DNA from: Candidatus Limnocylindria bacterium
GTDB taxonomy: Bacteria; Chloroflexota; Limnocylindria; P2-11E
NCBI GenBank assembly: GCA_035935465.1
Contig: DASYXA010000062.1
Location: 3,989-67,988 of the forward strand
Direction: 5' to 3'
Length of the DNA stretch: 64,000 nucleotides
Shown: positions 62,790-64,000 of the stretch, in pieces
How positions within the stretch are numbered: position 1 is the first letter of the stretch
How the letters are laid out: each line of letters begins with the position of its first letter
Notes under the pieces: generated by a model
Told to the model about the DNA's origin: nothing
What the model saw: only the letters and a program-made list of their open reading frames with translations
Database searches by the model: none
Translations under genes and position numbers: made by a program

Positions 62790-64000
62790 ATGAGCGGGAG
62801 ACGGCCGGGGCCCTTCGGGGCTCCGGCCGTCTCCCTGCTCTGGATCGTCGCGCTGTCCCTGGCGTTCCCGTTCCCGGCTGCCGCGTCGACCGCGGGCAGC
62901 GGCTTCGACTCGCGCTACGCGGGCGAGTCGGTGTTCACCAGCCGGCCGGCGGGCCAGACCGGCCAGTTCTCCGCGATCTTCTTCAACGCCGGGACGCAGG
63001 CCTGGGCGCCCGGGGTGGTCGGGCTGATGGTCTGCCTCGCCGATCAGACGACCTGCGGCGTGCCCTCCCCGAACGCCGCGTACGCGAGCAGCTGGTACTC
63101 GCCGACGGTCTACGCGACCGTCACCGCGCCGGTGTCGCCCGGCCAGAACGGCTTCTTCGTGTACGACTTCGCGGTCCCGGCCGGCACGCCGCCGAACACC
63201 GTGGCGACGTTCAACGGGGACGTCGGCCTGCTCTCATCCGGCGCGCTGCTGCATCCCGAGGGCTACTTCCAGCAGAACGTCACGCCGGTCGCGGCCGGTC
63301 CGGCCACGGTCGCGTCGTTCGATCCGGATCCGATCGCGGCCGACGGCGTGTCGATCACCACGCTGACCGTGTCCGTCCTCGACCGCGGCGCGCCGAACCC
63401 GATCTTCGCCTCGACCCCGATCACCGTGACCCGGCAGGGTGGCCTCGCGTTCTGCGCCCTCACGGGGGTGACCCAGGGCGCCAACGGCACCCTCGCGCTC
63501 GACGGGACGACCGCGAGCGCGTCGGGCAACGTGGTGACCTTCACCGTCGCGTCCACGACGCTGCCGGGCACCTGTCTTCTTGCGATCACGACGGGCGACC
63601 TGCGGGTCGCGGGGACGACCGCCGCGCTCACGACCCGGGTGGTCGGGCCGGGAACGACGCTCGCGGTCTCGAGCGGCGGCGGCGCCGCGCATCCCGCGGC
63701 CGTCGCCGGGAGCTGCACGATCGCCGGGGTCCGCGCGCGCAACAACGACGACCCAAGCTGTGTCGTCGTCACCGTCGACGTGCTCGACCTCAACGGCCTG
63801 CGCGTTACCGGCGACAACACCCGCGTCATCACCGCGACGCTCGACCCGACGACCTGCGCCGGTGGGCCGGGCGGCCCGGTCGCGCTCCAAGGCAGCGCTT
63901 CCACCGCGCCGTCGGCGGCCACGAGCACCGCGGCCGGCGGCCGGGCGACCTTCGTGTTCTCGAGCCACGGGCCGTACGCCGGGTGCCGGATCACGTTCAC
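62790..64000 (+). CDS. Paralogous secreted Ig-like protein, 3' end outside the window (absent from the ORF track because it has no stop)
   Basis: Open frame from ATG 62790: YAGESVF, IFFNAGTQAWAPGVVGL, GFFVYDFAVPAGTP, PEGYFQ match the upstream gene. Confidence 0.85.
   Translation, partial: MSGRRPGPFGAPAVSLLWIVALSLAFPFPAAASTAGSGFDSRYAGESVFTSRPAGQTGQFSAIFFNAGTQAWAPGVVGLMVCLADQTTCGVPSPNAAYASSWYSPTVYATVTAPVSPGQNGFFVYDFAVPAGTPPNTVATFNGDVGLLSSGALLHPEGYFQQNVTPVAAGPATVASFDPDPIAADGVSITTLTVSVLDRGAPNPIFASTPITVTRQGGLAFCALTGVTQGANGTLALDGTTASASGNVVTFTVASTTLPGTCLLAITTGDLRVAGTTAALTTRVVGPGTTLAVSSGGGAAHPAAVAGSCTIAGVRARNNDDPSCVVVTVDVLDLNGLRVTGDNTRVITATLDPTTCAGGPGGPVALQGSASTAPSAATSTAAGGRATFVFSSHGPYAGCRITF
62796..62835 (+). 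terminator. 18-bp stem with C(TTCG)G tetraloop and no U-tract (stabiliser or attenuator)
   Basis: GGGAGACGGCCGGGGCCC-TTCG-GGGCTCCGGCCGTCTCCC. Confidence 0.6.

Overview
Very GC-rich bacterial chromosome segment. The gene set (orphan CpaE-like ATPase, sortase-like protein, F420-type DDN, Ku/LigD, Ig-domain exported proteins) suggests a soil Chloroflexota-like monoderm; this is inference only. Most of the window is housekeeping or metabolic: a UvrD-nuclease fusion, rmuC, a D-amino-acid/D-Glu operon, murI, ychF, tilS, ftsH, holA, transaldolase, pyrG, an NHEJ cluster (ku, ligD and a second ligase), a two-component system, rsfS-nadD-obgE, a partial complex I operon (nuoA-C-H-J-K-L-M-N) and cell-wall enzymes. 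It carries three tRNA genes (fMet, a second CAT tRNA abutting tilS, Ala-CGC) and two IS elements (IS21 family; an rve/IS481-like element with a TA duplication). The most unusual structure is at 15.3-18.7 kb. It is a tandem of ~600-bp cassettes, each made of a tRNA-fMet 3' end, a terminator, a promoter and a leaderless HNH endonuclease gene. The non-coding heads are nearly identical while the two HNH proteins have clearly diverged, and the second gene is split by IS21. Other oddities: a radical-SAM homolog that has lost all three motif cysteines, a sortase with Ser in place of the catalytic Cys, nuoB/D/I missing from the nuo operon, non-canonical starts, many leaderless genes, and a candidate ECF-sigma general-stress regulon. 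All calls come from motifs read by eye; no database searches were run.
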